DNA of 64,000 nucleotides from NCBI GenBank assembly GCA_001179505.1, contig CDMY01000738.1, positions 186,001-250,000 on the forward strand, in the 5' to 3' direction. This document shows, in pieces, positions 12,857 to 28,520 of this stretch. Made by a program: the position numbers and the translations under genes. The DNA comes from Vitrella brassicaformis CCMP3155. Its lineage: Eukaryota > Protista > Chromerida. The notes beneath the pieces are model-generated. The model worked only from the letters and a program-made list of their open reading frames with translations, searched no databases and had not been told where the DNA came from. How positions within the stretch are numbered: the stretch's first letter is position 1; each line of letters begins with the position of its first letter.

Positions 12857-14863
12857 ATGAGCCGAGGCGGAAAGAAAGGGCCCAAGGCGACGGTGTACTG
12901 GGTTGGGACCAGGGTACGCTGCAGCGCATAGCACACACACTGGATGGACAACAAACACGCATCCGATTGGGCAATCCCCCGTTCGTGTGTGTCCCGGATT
13001 TGCCTGTACAGAAGCCGAATGAGGAGGGTGTGTTGGTGGGTGAGCCGCTCTTCACCGCCGAGGCCTACCAGGGCGAGTGGGATGACAACAGACGACACGG
13101 ATACGGTGTCAACCTGTACAGAAACAACACAAAATACGAGGTGATTGTCCCATGAAAGATGCTGACAGACAGGCGGATGGACGGATGGATTAGCCAACTG
13201 TGCGTGAGCAGGGTCAGTGGCAGTGCAACAAGCGTCACGGAGAAGGCGTCCTGTGGCGGAAGAAGGGCAAGGAGACTGAGTGGCGCAAGGTGTACACGGG
13301 CGGCTGGCAGTATGACCTCAGACACGGCAGGGGCACCCAGCTCTACAGCAATGGCGACAGGTGGGCCACATCAGATACACAGAGGGACGCATCTCATGCG
13401 AGTGTGCGTGTTCCGGCAGATATGAGGGCGAGTGGGCGGACAACAGACGGCAGGGCAGGGGGACCATGTGGTGGGTGGGGAGGAGGCCCGCCGGCCCTCA
13501 ATGCACACGCGAAACGACCACCATTCGTTGCTCTGTGTTTATGTGTGTAGGTATGCCGATGGGACAGTGTACGAAGGCGAGTGGCACGCTGACGAGCGGT
13601 GCGGACACGGCACTCTCAAACTGTAAGGACAGCCACAACCATATCCCCTTCTTCACGCTGGACACATCCTGTGTGCATCCATCCACCCACCCATCCGTCC
13701 TCCGATGCAGTCTCAACGGCGATGTCTACGAGGGCGGCTGGCTCAAGGACGACAAAGTACGCAAACGATCTCAATCAACGACTTCCCATGTCACGGATCC
13801 ACAATGCCCATCGCAGGAAGGCCCCGGCGCCTATTTCTTCTTCGACACTGGCCGTGCATTCGTGGGTGAGTGGGCCAACGGTCTGCCCCAGGCCGGGGCA
13901 TACAGCGACGCCGAGCTGAGCGAGGGAGAGGTGCATCCATGTGAACTGACCAAACGGCCGTATCCGAAGGAGCTGCCGCCTCTACAGCTGATGGCACCGG
14001 ATGACGTAGGTATCAGCGAGTGCATGTGCATGGGGGTGTGCATGGAGTTTGGTGTGGATGCAGGTGATGGACGCGTGTCTGAAGGCCGTTAGGACCGTAC
14101 AGAGCCCATTCAGGGCGAAGCACCTGCCGGTGGGTCACCCAGATGCCCGTAAAGCCACTGGGCGATGTCATGTGCCTTTCTCTCGTTGTCTGTGTGTATG
14201 TCAGCTGGAGATATTGTTCAGTGAAGACGAGCTCGATGAGCTGCACGTGACATTTGACGCCGTTGCTGTAGGCTGAGGGAGGGAGGAGACATGTACGGTA
14301 TACATGTTTGACAGCCGATGTCATGTGTCCTTTGGGTGTGTAGGATGGTGACACCATCTCTGTGTTGGACATGAGGGCCCTCTACATGGCCATGGGATGC
14401 CCCATCGATGGTAAGAAAAGCTGTGTATCTCTTGCCTGTGTGTCTCTGTGTCTCCATGTCTCCGTACGATTGCAATTGCACAGACGCCGCCCTGACGGAC
14501 CGCCTGGCGCTCCTGGGCATCCTCCTCTCACCGGTGCAGCAAGATGCTCTCCACACAGCAGCCACACAACTGCCGCCCGCAGCACCGCCACCAGCACCAC
14601 CAGCAGGCGATGCCAGTCCCACGGCATCGTTCGTGGCACCAACACCGCTGGTGGCCACAGCCACATCCGCCGCCCCCCTGCGAGACATATTCGGCAACCC
14701 AATAGAAATGCCCCGGATCAGCTTTGAGACGTTTGCAAGGTCGGTCGCACTCGCGCCGCCAGAAGAGGGTGTGGGTGTGGGTGTGGTGGGTGAGGGAGAG
14801 AATGGTATGGGCAAGGTGATGGGGACGATGCAGATGCTCAAAGAGGCGGCAGTGGAGGAATGA
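12857..14863 (+). CDS. MORN3: MORN-repeat protein (MORN3-like) with C-terminal EF-hand-like extension
   Basis: About seven YxGxWxxxxxxGxG repeats, including YSNGDRYEGEW and LNGDVYEGGW...GPGAYFFFDTG, followed by ELDELHVTFDAV...DGDTISVLDMRALYMAMG. Confidence 0.8.
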
Positions 14864-15322
14864 TGGATGACATGGGGAGAGCGTTACTCTGGGATGATGA
14901 TTGCAAACTTGTCTCGCTGCTCTCGTTTTGACTTGGTGGGAGTGGTCTTGTGCTGCGTGCTGCACGGACTGGACTGACGGACAAGCTGGAGCGTCAAGGC
15001 TTCTTGAAGCAACCAATTCATGGTCCATGCGCAGCTGATACTTGTACGAACCAACCCTCAAACCAAGACACCCAGGCCATAAAGTATGTATGTCTCAAAC
15101 TACACACCCCAAGGCCTCAAACCACACTCCATCCTGTAGTGCCACACTCCATCCTGTAGTGCTCGTGTCCAGCGAGGAAAGCACAGCAGCTGCAGATGCA
15201 CTCGTTCAAGAAAATACCGACTGCGTAAAGCAGACAAACGGAGGCCATTCCACGACTGCAGTCGTCCACCGCTGATGTGATGTGCTTGTGTCTCCCCTCA
15301 CCATCAGTTCAATGTGTGTGGC

Positions 15323-18838
<3,516 letters not shown>

Positions 18839-18934
18839 GGGGAACTGCTGCTCATACCGCGCAATGAATGCGGCGATTCTGGGGGCTGTTGGGGGCTTGC
18901 GCGTCTCCGAGTCACTGCCAGTGCAGACGCGAAG

Positions 18935-19913
18935 ATGGATGAATCCCCTGCTCTGCCGCCGCCTGCTGAAGGCCTGAGGTATTCTGCTGACCAGCAAATC
19001 TCTATTCCAACGCTCCCTGATGCTTCCCCCATTGCAAACCATATCGATATCCCGAAGAGAGAGAGTCCCGATTCGCCGCTTCTGCCTGACGTCACCACCA
19101 GCCGGCAAGACGGCCTCGAGGAGAGTGGCTGGTGCTGCTTCTGGGCGGGTTTGTGTCCGCTCTGCGTTGATCATCCCACAGTATGAACAATGGGCTGCAC
19201 ACGAGGGAGGACGGCTCACTGAGTCAAGCCAACTCTGCTGTGCCTGTCTCCGCTCTGCAGATAATCCTGGTGTACATGCGCTGCTGGGAGGTAAAGCACC
19301 AAAGTCAGAGCCTAAATACAGCTGTGTCTGTGGTGCGTCTCATTGTAATTATGCCGCACAGGTAGCTGTTGGCGTGGTGAGTGCCCTTGAATCGCTCAAG
19401 TCCATCAAGCCGCCCAAAGATTCTCTTCTTGCCCTGCTCTTTCTCGTTGCTGCATTGGCCGCGATTGTACCGCATGTTTGGCTGTGTCTCAAACCAAAGA
19501 AGCCTCGGCGTCTCACGCCCTTGTACGTCCATCAGTGTGTCTTGGCGGCGCTGGCGATAGTGTATGCGCTCATCCTCTGGTACGTCTGGCGCGGACAGCC
19601 CAGAAAGACAGGTAATGCGGCCATTCGCGAAGAGACAGGAGGCCAGGCAGCAATCATCATTCAGTATCCAGCCGTCCTTCTGTGTCCGTGACTTGTCATG
19701 GCAGGCCACGCTCCTCGCCTTGCCGTCGTCTACACGACTGTCATCGCCCCTTTCCTGATGGTGCACCTCTTCTGGGGCACCGTAGCCTGCCAGTACGCTG
19801 CGTGGGAGCGAAAGAGACTGAGTCTTCTCGCAGAGGCAAGGCGCAGCAAGAGGCTGCGACAAGCGAGGCAGCCCGGCCCGGCGGACAATGTGATTGTGAC
19901 TGACGGGCCGTAA
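18935..19913 (+). CDS. Hypothetical multi-pass membrane protein with Pro-rich N-terminus and Cys cluster
   Basis: MDESPALPPP..., WCCFWAGLCPLC, then about four hydrophobic helices (LLALLFLVAALAAIV, VLAALAIVYALILWYVW, LAVVYTTVIAPFLMVHLFWG). Splicing inferred. Confidence 0.6.
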
Positions 19914-20331
19914 GCCAGTGAATCGACTTGGCCGACGGAGCAAAATAGGGATTGCGTGCGTGGGGCGCAGTGACGTTTTCGCTAGGGATGGTCACACAGC
20001 AGGCAGCCCTGTCATTCTAGGAACGAGGACTGACAAGCAGCGATGAACGAACAGTCACTGAACATGATGAGTCCGAACGCCGTTTGTGAGCGCTGACTCA
20101 TGGTGTGTGCCGGTGGATCCTAGCCAGCGGCCAGACGCAAACCCTAGATTCGGGTTACCAGCGGATCTATCCGGTGAGACCAGCGGAGGGAAGTTGCCTG
20201 TGTCCGTTACCGCCGTCGATTCATCGGCTCATCCCTTCTTCTCATCGCGCGTATCTCTCTGCCTCTCCATCTGACTCCCGACCTCCTGCCTCTGCTTCCT
20301 TTTCTGCCTCTCTGTTGATTGATCTTTCACC

Positions 20332-21382
20332 ATGCACGGAACCATGCGCATGCTGCTCATCGCCCTCGCGCTCATCCTGATTGGCATCCTCTGCAGCGCT
20401 ACAGGTGCGTGTGGCTGCGTGTGGGATCCATGGATGGAGGGTGGGTGATGGGGACAGATCGTCCGATGTATGCCTGCGCGTGCGTCTGTCCTTCCTGTCG
20501 TTGACGAATGCAGCTGAGCACCGGGATGCCTTTACCAGCAGCAAGACAGGTACGCATGTGTGCACGTGGTTCCACGTGGGCATCGACTGTCTGCTGTGGG
20601 TGTGGCACGCTTCGCTCTTTGTGTGATGCGCAGGTTCGTCCCTACGTCGTCGCCTCGCCAGGCCCGAGACCAGCGAGGACAGCACCGGTAAGGCACCACC
20701 GAGCACTGCGGGCGACGAGACCCTCAAACTGATATCTACACGCGTATGTGATGCCTGCCATGCAGGTGCGGCTCGCCGCCTTGACGAGGGCGATGACGAG
20801 GATGATGTAAGTACACACGCACGCAGCCAGCCACTTACACGCACTCCGCATTCTGATTGCGTGCGCTCCTGTGTCTGCAGGATGACGACGATGACCGCCG
20901 CGCCCTGATGACTGCAGGCAAGGCTGCAGGTGCCGCTCGCCGCCTTGACGAGGGCGATGACGAGGATGATGTAAGTACACACGCACGCAGCCAGCCACTT
21001 ACACGCACTCCGCATTCTGATTGCGTGCGCTCCTGTGTCTGCAGGATGACGACGATGACCGCCGCGCCCTCATGACTGCAGGCAAGGCTGCAGGTGCCGC
21101 TCGCCGCCTTGACGAGGGCGATGACGATGACGTAAGTACTTGCAGGCATTCAGCCACTTACACGCCTCGACATCCTCCCTGACTTCTACCTGCGTGATTG
21201 CTTTCCGTTGTTAGGAGGATAATGGCGAAAAAGGTCGCGACGACGATGTGAGCACAGGGGGGCGCACGCGCACACAGACACGCCTCAGGCCTCACACCCA
21301 TCCATGCGTGTGTCGCCTCCTTTGTCTGCAGGACGATGATGACGACTATGATGACCGCCGCGCCCTCGGAAAGGCTGTGTAA
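20332..21382 (+). CDS. Secreted Asp-rich repeat precursor (~154 aa, 8 small exons)
   Basis: Signal MRMLLIALALILIGILCSA; all exons join in frame through GT-AG introns; repeats of GAARRLDEGDDEDD and DDDDDRRALMTAGKAA; ends RRALGKAV*. Confidence 0.75.
20762..21145 (+). repeat. Tandem ~164-bp exon+intron repeat, ~2.3 copies
   Basis: Donors gtaagtac at 20807, 20971 and 21132; the first two 74-nt introns are identical. Confidence 0.9.
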
Positions 21383-22523
21383 ATGCTTTCATGATGGCAT
21401 GAATGGTCGGTGCTTTTCTTATTTACTGTACCATGGATGGCTAGGCCAGGGATGTTCATGTGATGTCCCGCTCTCACCCCTTTTTTCCCTCCTTCCTCTG
21501 TAGCCAGGCCAGGCCACAGAGATACGCACGAACATGCTGTCTCCAACAAACAAAGGAAGGACAGATCAGCTCTGAAGCCGTCATGTGAAGGCATTTTGTA
21601 GACACAATGCACTGCCGGCTTTGGTGTACTTGTTTGTGCGCTGTATTTCTCATAATCAATCGGCTGCTGCAGCGTGTCGGCTAGCCTCTGGACAGACAAG
21701 AGTGCCAAATCCGAGAGCTTATGCTCGCACTTGGCACTTCTGTCTGTCAAGATGTGTGCCGGACTCAAAATGCACAGCCGATGCTGTTGGATTTGTTGCT
21801 ACTGTGTATGCCCATGATTCATACATACCTGCATGCACGTTTGGGTGAGTGAGTTTGTTGAGAGACGGCGGCCTGCCTGCCTGCCTGCCTGCTGCTGGCC
21901 CCTAGCACGAGCGAACTGGTGTTTTGTGTGTCATTTGCAGCACGTGCAGCGGATGGCCAGCCGACACGGATGGTCGTGTGCCGCACTGTGCTGATGCCGG
22001 TGTTAATGTCATGCTGCTGCCCTTGCACCTTTTCTATACATGCTTTCTCGCACAGCGAACGAGCAGTCCTGAACTCACATGCGAGGCAGTGCGATTGGTT
22101 CATTTGAATGCATGTATCTGCACATGGGGATGAGATGGCAGGGAGACGAGGGGCGGTGAGAGGGGGAGTTCTGCACCATGCTTGCTTGGTTGGCGTGTCC
22201 CGGCGCTAAGCGTCGCAGACGCAGCCAGACTGCTTGAAACAGGGGAAGAGTGAAGTCACGTCATGTGGTTGAGGGGTTTCTCATTAGGACGGTGTCGTGA
22301 GTGCCATTGGTTTCTCATGAGAGGAGGGAGTGAGACACGAAAGCAGCGTGCATAGCGTCTCATGGTCATTCGAGCAGTCAGACTGTCAAGAGGGGAGACA
22401 CTTGATTACACAGGTCAACATTCATATCAAGGCAATGTAGCACGAGCACTCACGTAGGTACCAAAACATCTCACTCAACCATCCAGTATGCACATGCCAA
22501 TGCTAGTCTCGCTGGCTGTCTAT

Positions 22524-23425
22524 TCACAAATGAGCCACAAGTCTCATAAAACACTCCCGCGCCTCTATCAGCCTCCTCGTCGCGTACACACCCAGCACAT
22601 CCAGCTCCCCCTCATCCACCAGAACCACACGCCCCGGCCGTCCCTCACCATTAGCACCGGCCACACCTCGACCCAGCATCAGCGGCACAGCGATCCGCAT
22701 GTTGCCCGTCAGCTCAAGCATGACTCGTGCCCTCTGCGTGTTGATGGCCTGGATGCCGCCATACTTGAGGCCAATGAGTCGGGCTGCTCGGAGAAGGCGT
22801 GCAGCGTCACGTACACGTCGACAGCAGACGTGCAGAATCGGGCTCTCACAATGGAACCTGATGCGGTGATGAACACATGCCAGTTGACTCATGTGCGCAT
22901 CTCCCTCCCTCCCTCCCTCCCTCCCTCCCTGCAGTCTGTGTGACATTCAGCTGACCATACTTCGATGCACTCGTCTGGTGCCCTCGCCATTGCACCTCTG
23001 ATGTCGTCGCCAGTGGCGCCCTCATGCGATGTGAACAGCCAGTGCTTGTCGCCCTTCTCCCGGGATGCCGTCACCCCGAGCACCTGTATCCGGCCTGCGC
23101 AGCTGCTGGTGGTGAACATGTTGGGCCTGCTGTTGATCTGCTGCAGCAGGGGGACGATCTGCTCGTCCACTGAGCCCTTGCGGCTCTTGTCACCATGGCC
23201 GACCTGCACAGAGAAGAGAACGATTCATGATCCAGATCTGCCCGAGCAGTGCTATCACGTGCCATTTGATGTCTGTCTGTGACTCTGTGCCCCGTGCCTT
23301 CTCCATTCCTTCCCATATACCTGAAGACGTAACAAGGCTTCGTTCTTCTGCTGCTGGAATGAATCCCGAGAGCTTCTTGCCGCCTCACGCACACTCTGCC
23401 CTACGCCGCTGACCCTCAGACGCAT
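22524..23425 (-). CDS. TYW3: tRNA wybutosine-synthesizing protein 3 (methyltransferase)
   Basis: [52 protein letters not shown]. Confidence 0.9.
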
Positions 23426-23460
23426 CGTTTGCGTGGGAGATCTGCCGAACGAGGGCGAGC

Positions 23461-23486
23461 TTGCAAACCCTGAACCCTAAAACCCT
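23461..23486 (+). promoter_or_regulatory. Telo-box-like (AAACCCT[G/A]) array in the TYW3/RPL27A spacer
   Basis: ttgcaaaccctgaaccctaaaaccct located 35-60 bp upstream of the RPL27A ATG. Function is inferred. Confidence 0.45.
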
Positions 23487-23520
23487 CCTAACCCGGTCAG
23501 GAAGATCTGGCGCTTGCGCG

Positions 23521-24038
23521 ATGACCACACGGTTGAGGAAGAACCGCAAGAAGCGGGGACACGTGTCTGCTGGCCATGGGCGTATTGGGAAGCACCGGAA
23601 GCACCCAGCAGGCCGCGGCAAGGCGGGAGGGGCACACCACCACCGAATCAACTACGACAAGTACGCAAGGGAGATCTCCTCACCTCTAGAGTCGCAGATC
23701 TCCCTCACGAGCCGTCCTCTGTGTGCTTGTTCAGGTACCACCCCGGTTACTTTGGGAAGGTGGGTATGCGGCACTTCCACCTGCTCAAGAACCAGACGCA
23801 CTGCCCCGTCATCAATCTCGACAAGCTCTGGTCCTTGGTGAGCGAGCAGACCAGACTCTACTACAAGGACAACACCGAGAAGGCGCCGGTCATCGACGTC
23901 ACCAAGGCGGGATATTTCAAGGTCCTCGGCAAGGGAGAGCTCCCCGAGCAGCCCGTCATCGTCAAGGCGCGATACTTCACACGCCTGGCCGAGAAGAAGA
24001 TCAAGGATGCGGGCGGCGTCTGTGTCCTCACAGCGTAG
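23521..24038 (+). CDS. RPL27A: 60S ribosomal protein L27a (uL15)
   Basis: [53 protein letters not shown]; one intron. Confidence 0.99.
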
Positions 24039-24283
24039 ATACGAGCATCGTGGTCGAGAGCTGTTTTGTGACTTGACGAACCGATGGACAGATCTGTGTG
24101 GTGACGTGTGGTGGGGTGCGTGGTGGTTGTGGATGTAAGACCCGTCGTGAGCGATGCGTGTCGGTGTGGTGAAGTAATCAGTGCTTTCTCGGCAAATGTC
24201 ACATGACAGTACGACACAGAAACATCCGTCATTCGTCCACAGTCATCACCACACACAACACAACCAGCACACTCGTCGTCACC

Positions 24284-27167
24284 TCACCCCTTCTCCGACC
24301 CCTTCTTGGCTTTCTTCTTGCCATCCCCCTCCAGCCCAGCCTCAGCGTCCACCTGCTGCTGCGCGGGGGGCAGCTCCTCCAGCTGATCTATGTCCACCAC
24401 CACGTGGCCGTTGACGCTCGCGCGCTTGCTGGCCGTGGGAGAGAGCGACTGCGACTGTCCGGGCTTGTTCCTGGGCGGGGGGACTTTGGGGGCGAATGCG
24501 GGCGGGAATGGTGGCGAGAGTGAGCGCTTGATGGGGGCCTGGATGGGGGAGTCCTTAAGGCGGAGGATGGGCGACATGGCGGAGATGCCCTTGCCGGCCG
24601 CCTGGGCCTTCTTGATGCTGCCCTTGAACTTCCAGATGCCGCGGTCGTTCTCGGCGAACTCCCTGTGAGTGGATGACAGACATGGTGGGTGCCCGGTTGT
24701 GCGTGTGTGTGAGTGTGCTTGCGAGTAGATGTACCTGAGCAGGCTTCTGAACGTGAAGTCCGCCAGCTCGAACTTGCGATTCATCAGTGTCTGGAACTCC
24801 TGCGAACACAACGAACAATGGCACACACACTTGTGATATAAGGCACCGACTTTCTGTGGTGTGTTGTGTGCTGTAGGCACCTGTGTGACTTCGCTCTTGG
24901 TGATGTGGTCCTGCCGCCTGAAGAGCGATATCAGCACGTCCCGGTAGGGATCCACCTGCGGGTCCTTGCGAGACTGCAGAGCCCATATACCCCTGCACAC
25001 ACACACACACACACACACACATTCACAGAGAGAGAGGGAGAGAGAGTGCCTTCTGTCGTGGTGTCGCCCCTACTTGAGCTCAATGGCGATGGCCGGGAGG
25101 ACTTCCTGAATGTCGGCATCCGTTGTGACGGTGCCCTTGGCGTCGTGCTTGGCGTGCACGGCGGCCTTGATCTCCGCCAAGGCCTGGGCCCCGCCGTCGC
25201 GGAGGATGGTCTCGACTGTCTGTTGGAGGTGGACCTTGCTGCGGCGGTGGTGAGTGGCGTCACGCTGTCGCTGCTTCTTCTGGATCTCCTCCACCAGCTT
25301 CTGGCGACCCTCATTCCAGCGCTTGTCGAACCGATCACACACATCGGGGAACGCCTGAGAGACAGACAGACAGACAGACAGAGAGGTGTGCAGGGCAGGG
25401 CAGGGGGGAGAGGGAGGGTGTTGGTGTTGGTGTGTGTGCGGGTGTGTGTGTACCTGTTTGAATGCGTCGTCAGGTGGGAGTTTGAACTGCCAGTGCTGCA
25501 TGCGGAACTCACCCACGGCGGATAGCATCTCCGACACCCTCTCGGAATCCATTTTCACCGCCTCCTGAAACTTGCCACGCTGCACACACACCACACACAC
25601 ACACCACACACCACAACACAATGCCCTTTCTCTCGGCTCATCGAATGCAGTCATGCTCGCTGACTGACCTGCACACCGGCGCCCCCCTGTCTGAGCAGCG
25701 TGAGCAGCAGGTCACGGCAGAGTGCCTCGTAGGGGTCTCTGCAGACGAGGGTCGACTTGGCGACCCAGTTGCCCATGACGACTGTGCCGAACTCCTCAAG
25801 GAACGACAGCAGCTGCGGGTCGTCGACCGAGCGGGTCAGCAGCTGCTTCATGCGCGCAAACGTCACTACCTGCAGGTGCGTCAAGACCTTCTGAACCTGA
25901 CATCCATCCCATACACACACAAAGAGACGATGTGGCGCGTGATGCCGAATGCTGTGTAAGGGGCGGGGCAGACACGCACCTGTTGGTCGATTGTGAGTCG
26001 GGAGAGGGACAGGAAAGAGATCGGTCCTGACGCAGCATCGGCCTGCCCAGCAGCAGCAGCAGAGGTGCCGCCAGGCGCCCCTCCCTCGCCACACGCACAT
26101 AGAGCGTTGAGGTAGGGTTCGACAGCCGGCAGGAAGGCCACCTCTGGCGGCGGCTTCAAGTCGGTATCCTCGTCCTCCAGCTGCTCGTCGCCATCGCTCA
26201 GCGTCAGATCTTCCTCAACGTACTCAACCTCCACCATCGACACGTCACGCGACCCCCTCCTGCTCTTGCCGCCGGGGGGCTTCTTCTGCTGCTTCTTCGG
26301 CGGCTCCTGCTGGTGCTGGTGCTGCCGCAGACCGCGCATCAGCAGCTGTCTGTGGTAGGCCTGCCCGTCATCAGCCAGCTTACAGAGGTTGTCGAACATC
26401 TCGGCGCACTCGCCCGTGTCGCAGTCGTAGAAGTAGATGTCCTGCCAGGGCTCGGCCTCCTCCATCTCGCGCTGACGCGCCTGGGACAGCGCCAAGGCCT
26501 GCTGCTCACTGACGCTCTCGCGACGCCGATACGACACCGACACTAATGGCTTCTCCTCCTTCTCCTCCTTGACGTCTGAAGCTTCAGCCTTGGCGCCCCC
26601 AGAGGCAGAAGCAGCTGCTGCTGCCGCGCCAGCCCCCTCCTCTTGCTTGACCCTCTTCTTTCTGCTGCTGCCGGCGGTCTCCTCAGGCTGCGGCTCCTGC
26701 GCCTCGTCCGGCAGAATGGCGTCCTCAGCCGCCTTGTCGACGTGGGCAAATGAGGGCCGGAACTGGCAGACCGCACTGAGAGGCGACACGGTGAGGGAGC
26801 CGCCCCGGAGGATGCCGATGGCGTATGAGCTGTCGGTGGAGGAGCTGCCTGGTTTGGACACCAGGTGGTGCCTGGCGACAGCGTGGATGGGGTTGTCCTT
26901 GTCGTAATTGTCGGACTCGGTGTTCATCAGGTAGGACAGCCGGAGGCGGCGCTGCGTCTTCTTGATGTCGACAGTGGCCAGCTGCCCCTGGTCGCCATAG
27001 GGGCGGTAGACGGGCCGCAATGGGTACTGCAGCAGGTACAGCTCAGCGTCGGGGAGGCGGTTGATGTAGACGTCGATTTCTCGCACGATTTCGTCGTCGG
27101 CTGACTCATCGACGTCCTGCTGATCCACATCCATGGGAGCGGCCGACGGCGAGTCTTCCTCCGCCAT
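24284..27167 (-). CDS. RPC5: RNA polymerase III subunit RPC5 (Sin-like N-terminal domain)
   Basis: DEIVREIDVY...LYLLQYPLRP, YAIGILRGGSLTVSPLSAVCQFRPSFAHVD, VMGNWVAKS, RDLLLTL. Confidence 0.88.
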
Positions 27168-27482
27168 GGCTGGGTTGTCCTCGATGCTCTGGTGGTGAGC
27201 AGCTTGTCGTTGTTGCCGAAAGCTGCGTCTACAGATCCACATCCGACATCGCAGTGAGCATGGGTGTGTGAATCATTTCGAGCTGAATGGACTCGGCTTT
27301 CTCACCTTGTTCGGGATAAGATCTCTTCCAAATGAATGATGAGCACTCGCCTTTGCTCCTCCCGCAGCAGCGGTCGCGCAGCAGTTTCAGGGAGCACCCT
27401 AGGCCGCAAAAGGCGAGCTCGCCTCCCCCAGCTGCCCAGATCTGCCTTTCTTGTGCTCTTTTCCCTTGGCGGCTGCGTCAGC

Positions 27483-28520
27483 ATGATGGCCCTGTTGCGG
27501 ATCTGCCTTGTCCTCCTTGCGCTCTCATGCATCGACGCGGCAGGCATGAAGAGCATCAAGCAGCACCCCGCAGCGCACAAGGTGCTGACCCGCTTGTCCG
27601 CGCACGTCGACAGGGTCAAGGCGCTCAAGGAGGTGAAGCTCAAAGAGGTGCCCGAGGCACTCAAGGCCGAGTTGGCGGCCCTGAAGAAGCGCGCGACAGG
27701 GACGGTCGAGCTGCCGCCGTCGTCACGCGACTTCCCCCTGCCGCCCGTCATTGATGACGTCTACGACGCCCTGGAGAACTTTCTGCGCGCGGTGGTTCGT
27801 CTGCTGCTGGGCGGCAAGAGAGGCAAGCTGACTATCGTCAAAGGCTTCAAGCCTGGCAGGTGGGTCACAGCTATGGCTGCACTGACTGAGGAAGTAATGC
27901 ATGTGGGTGTGTCGTGTCGTGTCGACTTGCAGATATCTGGGTCGGTGGTATGAGGTGGCGAGCATCAAGAAGAGCTACGAGAAGGGCCTGGGCGACACGA
28001 CGGCCGTCTACTCCCGCGGCAAGGGCGGAACCATCAAGGCGCGCAACGCCGGCTACACCAAGAAGGGCGTGGGCAAGCAGGTGGCCATCGAGGGAGCCGT
28101 CAACTGGCCCGCCGCCAACACCAAAGACAAGGAAGGCCGACTCACGGTGGGCAGACACAGACACACACTCCAATGGATGGATGGATGGATGGATGGAAAC
28201 CAAGACACTCTGCTCTGTGTGTGGTGTGTGTCCGTGTGTGTCTGTGTGTTCAGGTGACGTTTTCGTTTCTGAAGGGTCTGGTCCGCGTGACGGCTCCGTA
28301 CGTCATCATCGACCTGGGCGGAGGTGGCCCTCTGTCGTGCTTCCGCTACACCCACGCCGTTGTGTGCAACGGCCCCGCCCGCACGGCATGCTTCATCCTC
28401 TCCCGACGCAAGAAACTCCCAGACCGGCAGCTCAGGCGCATCTTCCGCAAGCTCCACGCCATGGGCTTCAACACGCGCAAGATCACTCTGACCCCGCAGC
28501 TCTACGGCATGAAGCACTGA
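27483..28520 (+). CDS. Secreted, strongly basic lipocalin (Blc/ApoD-like)
   Basis: Signal peptide, RYLGRWYEVAS (SCR1), YVIIDL, FILSR (SCR3). Confidence 0.85.

Noticed and set aside
15122-15161. 20-bp perfect tandem duplication (ccacactccatcctgtagtg x2)
   Set aside because: Isolated slippage duplication in a convergent spacer with no further structure.
18839-19219. ORF extension upstream of PKG MGAC
   Set aside because: Overlaps the opposite-strand membrane gene; the acylation motif requires MG at the N-terminus.
20763-21130. Regular repeat array resembling CRISPR
   Set aside because: Units are identical exon+intron copies with no unique spacers; eukaryotic context and no cas genes.
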